Assembly (NCBI RefSeq): GCF_006345805.1
Contig: NW_021835756.1
Location: 1 to 39,195, forward strand
DNA from: Octopus sinensis
Taxonomy: Eukaryota
Direction of reading: 5' to 3'
Length of the DNA stretch: 39,195 nucleotides
Below are positions 37,098 to 39,195 of this stretch, piece after piece. The notes under the pieces were generated by a model that did not search any database, was not told the DNA's origin, and was given only the letters and a program-made list of their open reading frames with translations. Position 1 is the stretch's first letter. The number at the start of each line of letters is the position of its first letter. The translations under genes were made by a program, and so were the position numbers.

Positions 37098-37170
37098 TGC
37101 CTCGATAACTGAAGAGATGCCGGTGCAGGTTTCCGCCCCGACAACCGAAATTCGGAGTTTTATCATGGCA
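37098..37170 (+). ncRNA. Type I hammerhead ribozyme (probably Penelope-like element derived)
   Basis: Stem I TGCC-tc-GATAA / TTATC-at-GGCA; core CTGAAGA 37109-37115; GC-rich imperfect stem II 37116-37146 closed by G-C; GAAA 37147-37150; short stem III; NUH triplet GUU 37157-37159. Confidence 0.75.
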
Positions 37171-37196
37171 ACCGAATAATTATCACATATTACATT

Positions 37197-37199
<3 letters not shown>

Positions 37200-37234
<35 letters not shown>

Positions 37235-37325
37235 TCATACATATAAATATACACACACATACATGTATATATATACATATATATCTACATATATATATAT
37301 ATCTGTATGTATGTATGTGTGTATG
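37200..37325. repeat. (TA)n/(TATG)n tract
   Basis: Direct reading. Confidence 0.9.
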
Positions 37326-37687
37326 GATTAATTTTATTCACATTTCTGTTTTCATATATTTTTTTAATCATCATCGATAACTATGTTTGACATATTGCAA
37401 ATTTTATGTTAAGTGCATCTGGAGATCTTCGCTAGCAATCAGAATGCCATCAAAGTAAACTGTTTTTTCCTTTGTTTGATAAAAAGCTACACCAGTGTCA
37501 AAAATACACTATCTACATTAATACATTAATATTACATATTTTCTCGAATGAGCTTCATTTTTAGTACTGCTTATGATTCGAGGGCAAATGAATCGCTCAG
37601 TGTCAAAAGCTCTAGTATTCCGTTAAATTATCTGAGCAGCAAACTCGTTTGTTAGTAAGTCTGAAACACGTAAATCATGAAGCACTT

Positions 37688-38012
37688 TATTTTTTTTTAT
37701 TTTTAAATTTATCTAATTTCAGCTCACGAGCTGTGGCCGTGCTGGGGCACCACCATTTGGTGTTGCTACATGATTTTACTTCACGAATGCTTTTTAGCAA
37801 TTGCTATTTGGTGCATGAGAGAGTTCGATGCAGCTGCCCTCATCTGCACCTCCTTCCGTGAAGTTGGTTCATCTGGGAATCCTGACAAGAAGAGATCCAG
37901 TTTTATTTTAAAGACATCTGCATCCACCCCATGCAGGTCTCTCAGGTCCTTCGGGAGGATATTGAAGATCTGTGGGCCTCTGAAACCCAGGCTATCACAG
38001 TATCTTCTTTGT
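37688..38012 (-). mobile_element. 5'-truncated L2/CR1-group LINE: ORF2 C-terminus plus 3' UTR and A-rich tail
   Basis: ORF 37781-38044 contains SLGFRGPQIFNILPKDLRDLHGVDADVFKIKLDLFLSGFPDEP...RAAASNSL, the N-x-LP...FK-x-KLD C-terminal signature; UTR GGTGCCCCAGCACGGCCACAGCTCGTGAGCTGAAATTAGATAAA. Confidence 0.88.
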
Positions 38013-38272
38013 GAATCATATAATTTACTGAATAAGTATCGCATTCTTATATCCCGTTAATTAAAATTGATTAGAGGAAATGTATTCTTAAAAGATAAGT
38101 AGTATTTAGAATAATTCAGTACTTGTGAATACATCTTACGTTCTATTTTATCTATAGTTTTATACTAAGGTGTGTATACGAAATAAAAATACTTACTATT
38201 TAATTCACCCGATAGAATATTAATATCTATTTTTGTTAGTTTTCCGGAAAGATATTTTAATTCAGCAAATTT

Positions 38273-38302
38273 ACTTACCTGCAAAGAAAGAAAAGAAAAA
38301 AA
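38273..38302 (-). promoter_or_regulatory. Candidate recursive splice site (ratchet point): polypyrimidine tract-CAG|GTAAGT
   Basis: Minus strand GTTTTTTTCTTTTCTTTCTTTGCAG|GTAAGT, junction between 38279 and 38278; no other AG on minus for ~110 nt upstream (to 38391). Confidence 0.65.
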
Positions 38303-38875
38303 CATAAATATATAAAATGATAATTGATAAAGGGATTAATGTATACATAGATGAAAAGATGCATAAATAAACGTATAATTAATTTGGTAGCTAGTTATAT
38401 AATTTTATAGATACATAAATACTAACGACATCGACATTTCAACAGTAGTAAAAACATGATAGGGAATATAATACAGAAATGCATTGCGATGCTATTGGCT
38501 GACGGTTTTCCTCGGATATTTCAATAAAATTGAGTGTTATTTGTATTTGAATTCCATCTGGCGAAGCAGACCTTTATCATCTAACATATTTTTTTAAACT
38601 TTGTAATTAATGATTTCTGATTGAAAATCAGAAATTATCAATCGCAGAAATGATTGCAACGGATGCGAAATCAATAAGTTTACGAAATAACAACATCATG
38701 TTTTACCTCTTATTCTCCCATTCTATTTATATTTGTATATATATATATAAACATTGGAAACAGCAACGCCACCAGAGCTTACGTGGAAACTATGTGCATG
38801 CTTTCAAGGGAGATAATCAGAGAAAGACTTGAAAGAACTAAAGATCGTAATACTTCATGTAAAGAAAATAAATGT

Positions 38876-39045
38876 AAAAAATAATCCAGAATCCTTGTTC
38901 AGTACTGAATCGATCCCAAAATCTAATCAGTTCGTGCCATTCACAGGACTAAATATCCCTGAAAGTTTCATCCGAATCCATCCCGTGCTTCTTGAGATAT
39001 CATATCCACGGTGACACAAACAATAAAACACGACTGAAAGCAATA
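38876..39045 (-). mobile_element. Fragment of the Helentron-type element at 1374-1750
   Basis: AATAATCCAGAATCCTTGT...GATCCCAAAATCTA...CTGAAAGTTTCATCCGAATCCATCC...GAGATAT is the reverse complement of ~1403-1570. Confidence 0.8.
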
Positions 39046-39195
39046 AACATATACTGAAGTAGGGGTGGGCCAAGAAAAAGCTGCAACAATCGCAAAGTCA
39101 CCTGATATATATTTTTAAATAAGTTTGGTGAGTGATCCTCAGATTATACGCAGAATCTTTTCTTCTTAGTCATCACAAAGTTTTTGATATTTGCG

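Overview
AT-rich, microsatellite-saturated eukaryotic (animal) non-coding DNA. I infer a cephalopod mollusc, most likely octopus, from recognising the SINE/LINE repertoire; no search was run. No intact protein-coding gene is supportable: most long ORFs in the track are translations of (TA)n, (CA)n, (TAA)n, (TAG)n, (CAT)n or (GATA)n arrays. The window is a mosaic of tRNA-derived SINEs of at least three families (several with target-site duplications, nesting and head/tail swapping), 3' fragments of L2/CR1-group, RTE, Tx1/L1-like and probably R4/Dong-like LINEs, a decayed near full-length Tc1/mariner (maT/DD37D-like) transposon, two Helentron-type non-autonomous fragments and three large inverted duplications. 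The most interesting signals are (i) a recursive-splice (ratchet) site, long polypyrimidine tract-CAG|GTAAGT, on the minus strand at 38273-38302, suggesting the window lies in a giant intron of a minus-strand gene; (ii) a type I hammerhead ribozyme fold at 37098-37170 plus a degenerate second candidate at 35255-35365, probably Penelope-derived; and (iii) SINE tails matching the 3' ends of two different LINE clades present in the same window.
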